This document shows, piece after piece, positions 23,449-33,375 of a stretch of 33,375 nucleotides of DNA. The notes under the pieces were generated by a model. The model made no database searches. It was not told the origin of the DNA and was given only the letters and a program-made list of their open reading frames with translations. The stretch spans positions 1 to 33,375 of the forward strand of contig CAXIUT010000091.1 of NCBI GenBank assembly GCA_964035545.1. The letters are read 5' to 3'. Position 1 is the first letter of the stretch. Each line of letters starts with the position of its first letter. A program made the translations under genes and the position numbers. Source of the stretch: Bugula neritina. Taxonomy: Eukaryota > Animalia > Bryozoa.

Positions 23449-26400
23449 AAAAAACCTCTTACTCTCATCTGGGGAAAAAATGGCTCAGGAAAAACAGTAT
23501 ATCTCACCATATTTAGACAATCATCGAAGTCTTAAAATATATCACTACAGGTTCTCTTCCTCCTTCCTGTGAAAAAGGAAAGAACTTCATCATGTAGCCT
23601 AGATGTATGGGAAAATCTGAAATCGTGGCATAAGTTCGTCTCAAATTCAAAGCCTTCAATGATCGACCCGTACTAGCAACAAGAAGAAGTGTAATGTCTT
23701 TGACACAAAAAGGATCAAAATTTTAATCTTTAGAACAGATATTGAAAACAAAAGATAATGATGGTCAACTAATCGAAATTAACCACCAATGTGCCTAAAT
23801 ATAAAAACAAATTCCTATTTTATTGGGGAGTTCAAAAGCTATTCTGGATAAAATAGTATTTTGCCATCAAGACTAATCTCTATGGCCTTTTGAAGACTCA
23901 GCAACTCTTAAAAACATATTCGATTAACTATTTTAAACTCGTAAATATACGCAAGTAATAGAAAGTTTATGGTAACAAAGGAAATAATTCAACAAGAAAA
24001 TAAATGAGATAAAAAAGGTGTTACCATACTTATAAAGATTATACTAATAAGATCTTAAAAGAAAACTACTAGCATTGAAATAGATGGAAGCAGTGAATGA
24101 ATTAACATAAAACATCATATCTTAAAACAAGAATATAAAAGGATCGAAAGAGAAGTAAAGAAATAAGAAGATTAACTAAAAAACTAAAAGAAATTTCAAT
24201 TAGGAAGATAAAGAAGATCATTCGAATAAAGAATCAATAGTAATAATAGAAAAATCAGTTAGATAGATAGTAAAATATAATATCTTATTCAAATGTACTA
24301 TTCTATTTAAAATGTACAACTAGTTGTAAATTATGAAAATTCTATAAATATTTTACCATAAATAAAAGATAAACTCCCTTCTTTTAACACTCGTTATGAT
24401 GAACTAAAAATATAGCTAAACAATGCCCAAAATATACAACTTTACACCCAAAAATAAATATAGCTAAAAAGTGAATTATCAAATGCTTTATAATTTTTAC
24501 CATCACTTAGAGGAAAAGATCCATCAGAAGAATAAATATATGATTCAATAACTAATAAAAATAAATAACTTTCAGAACAAAGAAATTAGCTATTACTATC
24601 TAAAAGATAATTATAAAGAAATCCAGTATCTAATATTGTGGTTGAAATATCAATGGATTAAAAAGAATACAATCAAATGAAAAGTGATGTCCATCATTTG
24701 TCTTAGAAAGCATAGATGGTAAAAAAGAAAATATTTGGTGGTTTTAGATAGATATACAGACCAGTATACTAATAAGATTTCAGATTGTTAGGCGATAAAT
24801 AAGACATCTAAAAATTGACTTAGGTCTAACATATCCTGAAAATAAAAAGATAATAATTACAATAATACTAAAGTATACCAATAAACTAAAATAATCTAAG
24901 AAGATAAAAAATGCAAAAATTAAAAATAATGGGCATCTAATTCTATGACAAATATCTAGACTACATCAACTAGCACAACATGTGCATGATATGCAAACAT
25001 CACTTCACTGAAAAGTAGATGAAACATGTGTGTTTCAATAGTTTGAAAAAGAAAGATAAAACATAGAATCAAATATAAATATTGTAATCTTAAATTGCTT
25101 ATCATTAGTAGACAAGTATCAGTTTTGATCCTCAACTTATCATTAATAAATTGAGAATATAAATATAAAAATTATAAAAATAGCAAAGAATATTAAAAAT
25201 AAGGGCTGATAATTAAATAAAAAAACAAAAATGTAAATAACAAAAAAAAATCAATGATACCCTCATAGATGGAGTCAGATTGCTAGACATAAATCAAAAA
25301 TAACTAGACTAATATTTATCATTAAAAAAAGTATAAACACCTACAGTAACCAATCTAGATAGCTACCTCTAAATAGTAACAAAATATTCAAATATATTAA
25401 AAGATCTTTCTTCAAAAAAAATACAAGTACATAAATATTAATAACAAGTTGTAAGGAATAGATAACTAAAATTAAAAAATGATAAAACAAGAAGACAAAG
25501 ATCAGCAATAGTTGATAAAATAAATAAACTAGAATAAGCTACTAGAAATTATTAGATAGTAAATAGAATAAAAAATAAATTATAATCCCTTTTTGCATCT
25601 AAATTATAAAACAGATCCAAAAATAATAAATAATAATATAAAAAATCTATAAGCTAAATTAACAATTAATGCAAAAAACTATAAAAACTGATCAAAGGTC
25701 TAAACATATAAAAATAATTTCATTAAACTATCATAGAAAAACATCAACTACTCTAACAAAACAACCTTATTGAATAGCAAATCAATCAAATCGATCGATA
25801 GTTATATTCGGTTGATAGCTAGATAAAAGATCTAAAGCAGAAAGTTAATTAGTATAATTAACTTAAAATAGATTACTAGAAAAAACAAAGATAAATAGAT
25901 CTAAAAACATAGATAGCTTTTCAATAGTATCATAAACCAGTATAAAAATAATATCTTATTGAAAAATGTAAACTCAGAGATGCATAAGCCGCATGCAAAG
26001 ATATAGAACAATACAGTGCAGCCATCGAAAATGCCATCAGCACCATACATAGACAAAAAATGGATGAAGTCAATAAAATTATAGCTGATATCTGGCACTA
26101 GATCTACCACGAAAATGACATCTCGTCAATATAAATACTTACATAAATTTAGTAAGATCCTAAAAAAAGAAGAAATTATCATTATTCCATCTTAATGCAG
26201 AAAAGAGGTTTTAATTCGGCTAAGTTTTAAATGAAAGGGAGATGTTCAATGGGACAAAAAGTACTTGCTTCCATTGTAATTCGATTAGCTCTTGCTTAGG
26301 TTTTTTCCTGTAATGCTAGAATCCTGGCACTTGATTAACCTACTACTTTCCTTGATAGATAGCATATAGTTAAATTGGCATAGGAGTTGAATAAATTGAT

Positions 26401-26578
26401 AGAAATGAACTAGGGAGGATCTTTGCAACTAATAATCATCTCACATGATCTTTAATTTATCAAACTGCTTGAAAGACATACAAGTACTTACTATGAAATC
26501 AGAAAAGATTCCAGGCAGTTTAGCAAAGTCCACTAAAGATAAATAAAAGAAATATTCTAAGTCAAAAATATGATGTGA
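23449..26578 (+). CDS. RAD50: DNA repair protein Rad50, 5'-truncated by the telomeric tract
   Basis: KPLTLIWGKNGSGKT-TIIE (Walker A), FCHQDESLWP (Q-loop), CMIC zinc hook at 24983-24994, MKGRCSMGQKVLAS signature, ILALDEPTTFLD (Walker B), LIIISHD. No start codon. Intron at 23497-23516 and one -1 frame break after 24100. Confidence 0.95.
23497..23516 (+). other. 20-nt spliceosomal intron in RAD50
   Basis: gtatatctcaccatatttag. Removal restores GSGKT-TIIE. Confidence 0.92.
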
Positions 26579-26678
26579 TTAGATATTTGAATACTATATC
26601 GATAACCAACATATAATATAATTGTAGTAATCAATATATTCAATATAATCAATTAAATTGATATATATATATAACTAA

Positions 26679-27809
26679 TCACAAAAGAGATCGAGGAACA
26701 TGGTTAAGCACTTCCCTAAAACCAAATCGAGTAGCAATATCAACTGGAGTTTCTCCATCAATATTTTTTTACAACAAACACTGAATTCCCCTATACCCCA
26801 ACAACCACTAAAATATCGGCCCTTTATTCAACCTAGCACACACATGTAACAAGGTATCTCCTTTCTCATTTCTTTCTTTTACTATTTCCTTTGGATTATG
26901 AGCTATCATTATCTATAGATCAGAAAGTTGACCTGTCTACACTGTCCTGAAAAGATCTTCAACTATCTTTTTATTTTTGCTTTTATGCAGCTGCCACTAT
27001 CTAATTCTTGGTGCCTTTTTTATCTGACTATTATTCAAAGTTGCAGTTTGCCATGAAATTTCATTCAACTAGTCATTGCTTCTATTCTGAGGAGTAATCT
27101 TCTCAGAATGTTCTTTTATCTTCTTTAACTTGTTTATAAAATTACTTTTTATTTATTGAGGTTCTAAAAGATAAAGGCCTTCCTTTCTTATTTTCTATCT
27201 CAACTATTTTTGTATCTATGTCTCAAGAGCTGATAGCTTTTGCACAAAAGGTTCTTTTTAGAAATTCTATAAAGAACGTTGTATTTTTATTTTATTTTCG
27301 TTTTATTTGACTTTCAAAGTTGATACTACTTTCAGTATGTTGTCTTTACAAATTGGGATTTGAGCACGTTTGACCAACCTGACCAAATTATGATCTAGAG
27401 TATGTTGAGGGTTTTCCAAATAAAGTTTTAGTTCCTCACGATTTCGTTCAGCTAGAGTAGTATTAAGGATAGATCTTATAATTCTTTTTTTTTCTACAGT
27501 TATTTTTTCCTATCCTTCCAATGAAGAGTTACAAGATCCCATCTCAGAATTCAAATTCTTAAATAATTTTTCTCTTAGATTTCTTTTTCTAAAACTATTA
27601 GTTGATTTAAGCATACTCATACAGTCATCTAACTCCTTATTTTCCTTCTAATTAGATTGAGTTATCTTAGAACATTCTTTGTATTCCTTCCTCTTGCTAT
27701 GCCTTTTGATCTATCGAAGAGCAATGGAACGGTTGGTCAGACTATCAACGAACATAAACTGGTCGTAGTCAGGTCTAAACTAAGTTTTGGAATGTTTTTG
27801 TGATATCAT
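26679..27809 (-). CDS. C-terminal ankyrin-repeat protein (376 aa)
   Basis: Open frame with RNEKGDTLLHVCARLN and KNIDGETPVDIATRFGFREVL near the C-terminus. Confidence 0.85.
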
Positions 27810-27834
27810 TTTACAATGCATAGAAATGGAATTA

Positions 27835-29140
27835 TCATTATGGTAGATGAGTTATCAACTCAATCAAACGAAAACGCTGCCAATCTCGAGATAATGGACC
27901 CATCTCTCTATTCCGACTCAAATGAGATTTTAGTACATGACAAACGTTTATCTGAGGCAACTTTTCAGGAGATGATATTCCGCTTTCATCTGGTGATATC
28001 GGTCTGCTAAAAGATATTATTTTTGCTAAATTTTTAGTTGTCCCCATATGATTTTGTAATTTTTTACCTATCTTTCTCAACTATGAATCTTAAGCATACT
28101 TTTCACCATTGTTTTTTGTTCTTTTTGTAATTTTTACAACTCCTCCTCTTCCAACTGAGAATGCTGTTCTTGAGGATCCATCCCTATTTTTAAAGTCTAT
28201 TTCAAAGTAATAGTTTTATGAACTCCAAACAACTATGCTTCCATAACAGCCAGATACCTCTCAATATTTATCTCTTTCTTATAAACCTCTGTTTCCTGAC
28301 TAGTTAAACTTCTTTCAGCCAATCTATGATAATAACTACCAATAGCTGTATTACCTATATGATAGAAGTGCATGCCCATTCTTTCAAGTGCTGTATGAAT
28401 AATTTCAGGATCTTCTGAATGAATGCTAAGAATTAATCCTCGACGCAGACAGGCCAAAGCAGAGTCCATTTCTGATCGCTATCTATGAATTATTGCCTGT
28501 TCTGATAAAGAGTATACTCCGAAAATAAGTAGTTTACATTTTACTGCGTAGAATTACATCCGAGCCAAATGATATAAACAAGAACTACTATCTTCAAGCA
28601 TTGATATCTCTGTTGATATACAGTGAAAAAGAAGACTGATGATTGGATCTAAAAAGACCCTATCTTTTTATTTGAATTAAATTAAAGCTTGCTTAATAAA
28701 GAGAGTGCCTCTGCTAATCATTTTTTTGAGCTGTTGTTCTTCTTCTTTTTGCTCTTCTGATTTATTTTAGAAATATCCTTTCAAAAAGTTTTATAATTCT
28801 TTAAAAGCAGTAGTCATAAGTCCTTCTGATTTTTCAGGACGCATATTCGAAGCTTTAGATTTAGAGGCTCTGTTGACTTTTGAACTGGAGATAATTTTCC
28901 TATATTAACTGTTGAATAAAGGGTCTCAAGAAGGTTCAGCTGACTGATTGATTTTGTTCTTAGGTTCTTTTTTTCTTGTTTTTTATGTGGAGATCGATGT
29001 AAACATGCATAAAGATGTTTACTGTGATTAATTTTGGGCATTAAAGGAACACGAGTCGGTTATTTGTATAAAGAGGCTGAATCAAATTTTTATTTCAAAG
29101 AATCTTTCAAAATTAGAGGAAGTTCCCATCCTTCGTTCAT
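27835..29140 (-). CDS. TPR-like helical-repeat protein; two frame breaks, ends uncertain
   Basis: The central frame gives ALACLRRGLILSIHSEDPEIIHTALERMGMHFYHIGNTAIGSYYHRLAE. -1 switches are needed at about 28816-28925 and 28080-28220 to join ATG29140 to TGA27835. Confidence 0.65.
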
Positions 29141-29247
29141 ATAGAAGAATAAATTTTAGAATAATTAATTTTTAAAAACTTCTAATTTATCAAGAAATAT
29201 ATCTCATCTTTTAACTATTTTACTGCTGTAATCAATTTTGTGCTTAA

Positions 29248-29683
29248 TAATATAGATTAAATCAGTGAGTAGTAATTTGATTACTTATTAACGATTATGC
29301 TAAAAAATACCAGGCACCACAAGTACTCAGCACCTTTGATCACTCTAATCACTCCTTCGAAAAGTAAAGTCACAAGGTCAGTAGCTGCTATCGATCGTCA
29401 GAATCATAAAAACTTGCCTTCGACCAGCAACTCTGAAAAGATTCATTGGGATTTGGTTGAGAACAGAAGAGAAAACCAACTAAACACTTTGTTCAATCGA
29501 CGCAAACACGTATTAGAATCAATCAGTCGCAAAAACAAAGACATTTACAGAAGAATAATCAAACAGCAATCGAACTATGAACAACAAAAACTGACTCCCA
29601 AAATAAATAATACGAACAGTCAACTCGGAAACACTCTCACCACAGGAAGCAGAGTCCTTCTGACCATTAGTAGACATGCTTTA
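29248..29683 (+). repeat. Copy 1 of a 436-bp direct duplication (5' leader plus first ~129 codons of a gene)
   Basis: Matches 31576-32010 with 8 substitutions and one 1-nt indel by manual alignment. Confidence 0.95.
29297..29683 (+). pseudogene. 3'-truncated duplicate of the gene at 31625
   Basis: Homology stops after ..agacatgcttta and the frame runs into very AT-rich spacer-like DNA. Confidence 0.65.
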
Positions 29684-29914
29684 AATGATGATCATTTAAG
29701 TCTATTTTTCCAAGATTAATTTTTTAAAAAATTAAAATATTTTTATGAAGATGTGATGTCTTTTATCATAAGTTCATTTCGATTGACTTTAGATTTTACT
29801 TCTTCTAAAATTGATCTTTAATTTAATATTTATCAACTAAATAAATTATAATAAGTAAAATGTATTTTATATTACTTGTAAAATAAATTACAAGTATTTT
29901 GTAATTTTTTAATT

Positions 29915-30647
29915 ATGAATTTATAGTTGATTTTAGAGCTCTCCATACTGACCCTATTGTTCATCGCTCAGATCGTCATGCAGTTTGTAATCTTTTCACC
30001 GTAGACTATGCCTATTCAGTAACTATCAACTTTACTAGTACTCTTCTTTTCTTAATGATAGCTCTTCAAATAATTAGGCTCTACCGTAGCAGTATCAAAA
30101 GTAAATGGGCCTTTCTCATCAAGGCTCATATCAACTACATTCCCAACTATGTAATGGGCTCACTAGTCCTTTATATTTACAATGTTGCCTCTTCTTTGGA
30201 TGGTCAGACATAAGTTTGGATATTCTAAGGAGCATTGAGGTTTTGCTTCCAAATCATCAGTAATGTTCTTTTCTGTAATGTTTACTTCATGAACAAAAGA
30301 ACCTACATCATCACTATGCTTTCAGTAAGTGCTTGGATTGTCTTTTTGGTTCAACAAGTCATACATACGATTGTAAATAGTAAATCAGACCCTGAAAGTT
30401 TAGTTCAAGAAAAACTATTGCTCACAGAACTGGCTCTATTGATAGGTATTGCCAGGTCCATTATGGAATATCTAAAAACTCTTTTAACATCTGGCTGGCT
30501 GAAGAAGCAGATCAACAAAATCGACAAATTAAAAATATATTTGATTTGTCAGACAAAAAAGAAGACGAGGATGAAATCAAATCCCAAAAAAGTGATGAAG
30601 AAGAAGAAAATAAAGAAGTTTCAGAATTAGTGAAATAATTTTTATGA
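29915..30647 (+). CDS. Multipass (~6 TM) membrane protein, paralog A; two -1 frame breaks
   Basis: Shares QIxMQFV, IPNYVMG, LxGQT, AWIxFLV and RSIMEY with 30698-31459. Breaks inferred at T4 29993-29996 and ~30490-30497. Confidence 0.75.
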
Positions 30648-30697
30648 TCTTAAAGAACGAAAATTATACATATTATATTCATAATTCTTACAAACAA

Positions 30698-31459
30698 ATG
30701 AAACTTGATAAAATCCTCTAGAACTTGATTCTGGGCTTACTTGTCTTCAGCCAAATCATCATGCAATTTGTGACCTTCTATACCTAGAAAAATAACTATT
30801 ACCTCTCAGTTAATATTATCAATGCCTCTCTGGTCCTCATGATCCTCCTTCAATACTTCAGATTATACAAAAACAATCAAATCAAATAAAAATGGATCTA
30901 TCTGCTGAAAATGCACAACAACTTCATCCCGAACTATGTCATGGGAGGACTTGTCATATTTATCTATTATCAATCTTCCAAGTTAGAAGGTCAGACAGAT
31001 TTTTGGATTTTTTGTGGAATATTTCGATTTATCCTACAAGTCTTTTGCTATTTAATATTTTGCACTAAAGAGTTTATCAACAGAAAAACTTTTGTTATCG
31101 TCATAGTATCTCTGATTGCATGGATCACCTTTTTGGTGGTTCAAGTCATTGAGTATATTGATGATTTAAAAACGAGTGGAAAAGGTAAAATTTAGCGAAA
31201 GCTAGCTATTGCCTCTATCTCAATAAACATAGGAATTGTACGATCTATTATGGAGTATGTAAAGAATTCACTTATAATTAAATTGGCAAATAAAAATCAA
31301 ATTATAAAAAGCCAGAATTTACTGAACCTTCTCTTCTAAATATCTTCCAATAAAATCACAAATCAAAGCATGTAAGAAAAAGAAAAGAAGGAAATGAGAA
31401 CAAGTAAGAAAACAAAGAATGATATAAAAAAAATATAAATATAAATGTCCTCATTTTGA
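30698..31459 (+). CDS. Multipass (~6 TM) membrane protein, paralog B (253 aa)
   Basis: ATG30698-TGA31459 is open, with several hydrophobic helices and a charged tail. It is a tandem paralog of the upstream gene. Confidence 0.85.
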
Positions 31460-31508
31460 TATTTATATCATTCTTATCCATTAAACATAAAGATATTTAA
31501 TCAGTTAG

Positions 31509-31547
31509 GGGGTTGGGGTTGGGGTTGGGGTTGGGGTTGGGGTTGGG
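31509..31547 (+). repeat. Internal telomeric tract (GGGGTT)6GGG, right-end orientation
   Basis: Perfect 39-bp repeat, preceded by an extra G at 31508, about 48 nt after the preceding stop. Confidence 0.95.
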
Positions 31548-31575
31548 TAGATATAAGTTTAAGATTTTGATATAT

Positions 31576-32010
31576 TAATATAGATTAAATCAGTGAGTAG
31601 TAATTTGATTACTTATTAACGATTATGCTAAAAAATACTAGGCACCACAAGTACTCAGCACCTTCGATCACTCTAATCACTCCTTCGACAAGTAAAGTCA
31701 CAAGATCAGTAGCTGCTATCGATCGTTAGAATCATAAAAACTTGCCTTCGACCAGCAACTCTGAAAAGATTCATTGGGATTTGGTTGAGAACAGAAGAGA
31801 AAACCAACTGAACACTTTGTTCAATCGACGCAAACACGTATTAGAATCAATCAGTCGCAAAAACAAAGACATTTACAGAAGAATAATCAAACAGCAATCG
31901 AACTATGAACAACAAAAATTGACTCCAAAATAAATAATACAAACAGTCAACTCGGAAACACTCTCACCACAGGAAGCAGAGTCCTTCTGACCATTAGTAG
32001 ACATGCTTTA
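31576..32010 (+). repeat. Copy 2 of the direct duplication
   Basis: About 98% identical to 29248-29683. Confidence 0.95.
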
Positions 32011-32287
32011 GCTTAATCAAAGGTGACAAATAGATCAAGTAAATCAAGATAAAGTGGGTCAAGAGATAAATAAAATTCATCAGAAAAGAGGCCAATATCA
32101 GTGGCTTCAAAGTGTTTTTCAAGGGTGATGTAGTAACAACTAGCCACTATTAAAGAACATTCATTCGGAAAGACTATTTAATCAAAAATGATGCCAAAAG
32201 TATCAAAAGGAATTCGTGAGGCAGTCTCATAAAAATTATAAAATACGCATAGACCGATCTGCAACTTAAAAAAAGAAGGTTAAGTGA
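31625..32287 (+). CDS. Hypothetical basic protein, longer copy of the duplicated gene; 3' end approximate
   Basis: Starts at ATG31625. It lacks one C at 31925-6 relative to copy 1, which gives a premature TGA at 31988-31990. Coding-like sequence continues past 32010 but the final frame is ambiguous. Confidence 0.5.
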
Positions 32288-32349
32288 TATCTTTTAAACT
32301 TTTGACTCTTGCAATAATGAATTAAATATCAATAAACTAAATGAAATAA

Positions 32350-33351
32350 TCAAGTGGGTATATCGAAAGAAAGATTTATACCGCTATTATCATTCTACCA
32401 GTTGAAAGATAGTTATAATTACTATGGCTGTTTATTTTATACATTTTAGTCAAATACTTCAGAAGACTGAAAACTCTATCGAGAATTGATTTATCCTCCA
32501 AGATCAAGTAAAAGACTTTTAAGTTAATTTTCTTCTTGTTCTTCAGCATTCCTCACTTAAAAAATTGATCCAGGTTATGATGGCTTGATTTCAGAAGTAG
32601 AAAGTTTAAAATCATCATTGTTTGATGTTTAAAAGACTGAACAATCATCTTAGTTACATTTTTTATCTTTTTCAACATAAATCGATAAATTATTATCACT
32701 TTTCTCATGAATACTTGAATATTAATTAAAATACTAAAATTAATATTGATTTGTTACCTTACCGAATCCATACTCATTTTTATCACTGATTTCTGCATGC
32801 AAAAGTTGTGATTAGTCTAAACAATCAAAAGATAAAGATAAATTTGTTCTTGATAATTAACTCAAATTCCAAATTGATAGGTTTTGACCTGGCTTGTTGT
32901 TTTTTACTATTTTTTTTTAAGGAATAATGAAAGAAAGATCTTTTCTTAGAGGTGCAGGAGGAGGTAAATTTTAAGACTAAGCTCTTCGAAATTCATCTTA
33001 CTCTTACCAATCATCATAGTATTCAGGATTAATAGCCTGGTATTTCAACTTATATAAAAAATTGTAAAAATCTGCAGATAGTGTCTCTCTTTCTAACCTT
33101 TTTAATTCATTTTTTTTCTCATTTTATATCACTTTAGAACTGTCTTTATTTGATTCCATATCATTGAATTTCTTCATTGATTTTTTAAATTGCTAATAAA
33201 TCTCATCAAATGAAAACATTCTACCTGCCAATCTCCTTTCTTTTCTATACTTCTTTTAATAATTCAAACACTCCTCAAAAGGAATGATGAGTCCTTTTAT
33301 CAGAATCCATTATCTTATATGCAGGCAAAAAAAAGATTATTTCTTAAGTAT
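32350..33351 (-). CDS. Hypothetical protein, 5'-partial
   Basis: TGA-free minus frame of about 1 kb ending at TGA32350. The last 24 nt of the window read GTATG..TTTTAAG on the minus strand, a possible intron. Confidence 0.65.
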
Positions 33352-33375
33352 CTTAAAAGAGATGGTTGATCATAC

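Noticed and set aside
23336-23572. ORF-track protein with a poly-(WG) repeat, resembling an Argonaute-binding GW/WG protein
   Set aside because: It is the translation of the GGGGTT telomeric tract and runs out of frame over RAD50.
3425-28010. Hydrophobic short ORFs in the track (e.g. 3425, 4447, 4548, 5039, 12351, 14747, 18806, 20193, 25901, 27816)
   Set aside because: They are antisense shadows of K/E-rich genes called with the wrong genetic code.
29297-30058. Chimeric ORF fusing the truncated duplicate to membrane paralog A
   Set aside because: The linker is AT-rich spacer-like DNA. With TGA as the only stop, such DNA often stays open by chance.
9208-31547. CRISPR array, transposon or telomere-bearing element explanation for the internal repeats
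   Set aside because: There are no spacers, transposase, terminal inverted repeats or target-site duplications. All internal tracts have the same orientation.
94-31560. TGGATA/GATAGT-like motif near chromosome ends as a breakage signal
   Set aside because: It occurs at inconsistent distances (1, 5 and 28 nt) and TGGATA is absent at one end. Four ends are too few to support it.
1-33375. TAR=Gln code, or an uncoupled TAA=Lys/TAG=Glu code
   Set aside because: Both codons occupy conserved Glu sites, including the catalytic Walker B Glu of Rad50 (TAA). One TAA at a usual Gln site (Rad50 AxVRLKF) is outweighed.

Overview
AT-rich ciliate macronuclear DNA. It reads with TAA/TAG = Glu and TGA as the only stop (NCBI table 30, known from peritrich ciliates), so the supplied standard-code ORF track is mostly fragments or spurious. 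Re-read by hand, the window is almost wall-to-wall genes (about 21 loci) with very short spacers and a few 20-22 nt GTA..AG introns. It opens with a C4A2 telomere and has three internal G4T2 tracts (9208-9276, 23367-23447, 31509-31547). All four tracts end in the same register (G-strand ...TTGGG). They split the window into four pieces. Piece A (1-9276) looks like a complete telomere-to-telomere minichromosome with 9 genes. Piece B starts inside an open HECT E3 ligase frame. Piece C starts inside RAD50, whose N-terminus is missing. Piece D starts with a ~98% identical copy of a segment 2.3 kb upstream. Recognisable products are a MORN-repeat protein, a calcineurin-A-like phosphatase, a giant HECT ligase, an NT-C2 coiled-coil protein, an F-box-like/RCC1/SAM/MJ1316 protein, RAD50, an ankyrin protein, a TPR-like protein and two paralogous multipass membrane proteins. 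About 11 single-base frame breaks, mostly at homopolymers, suggest unpolished long-read sequence, so the telomere junctions may be library chimeras rather than biology. All translations and domain calls were made by eye, with no database searches.
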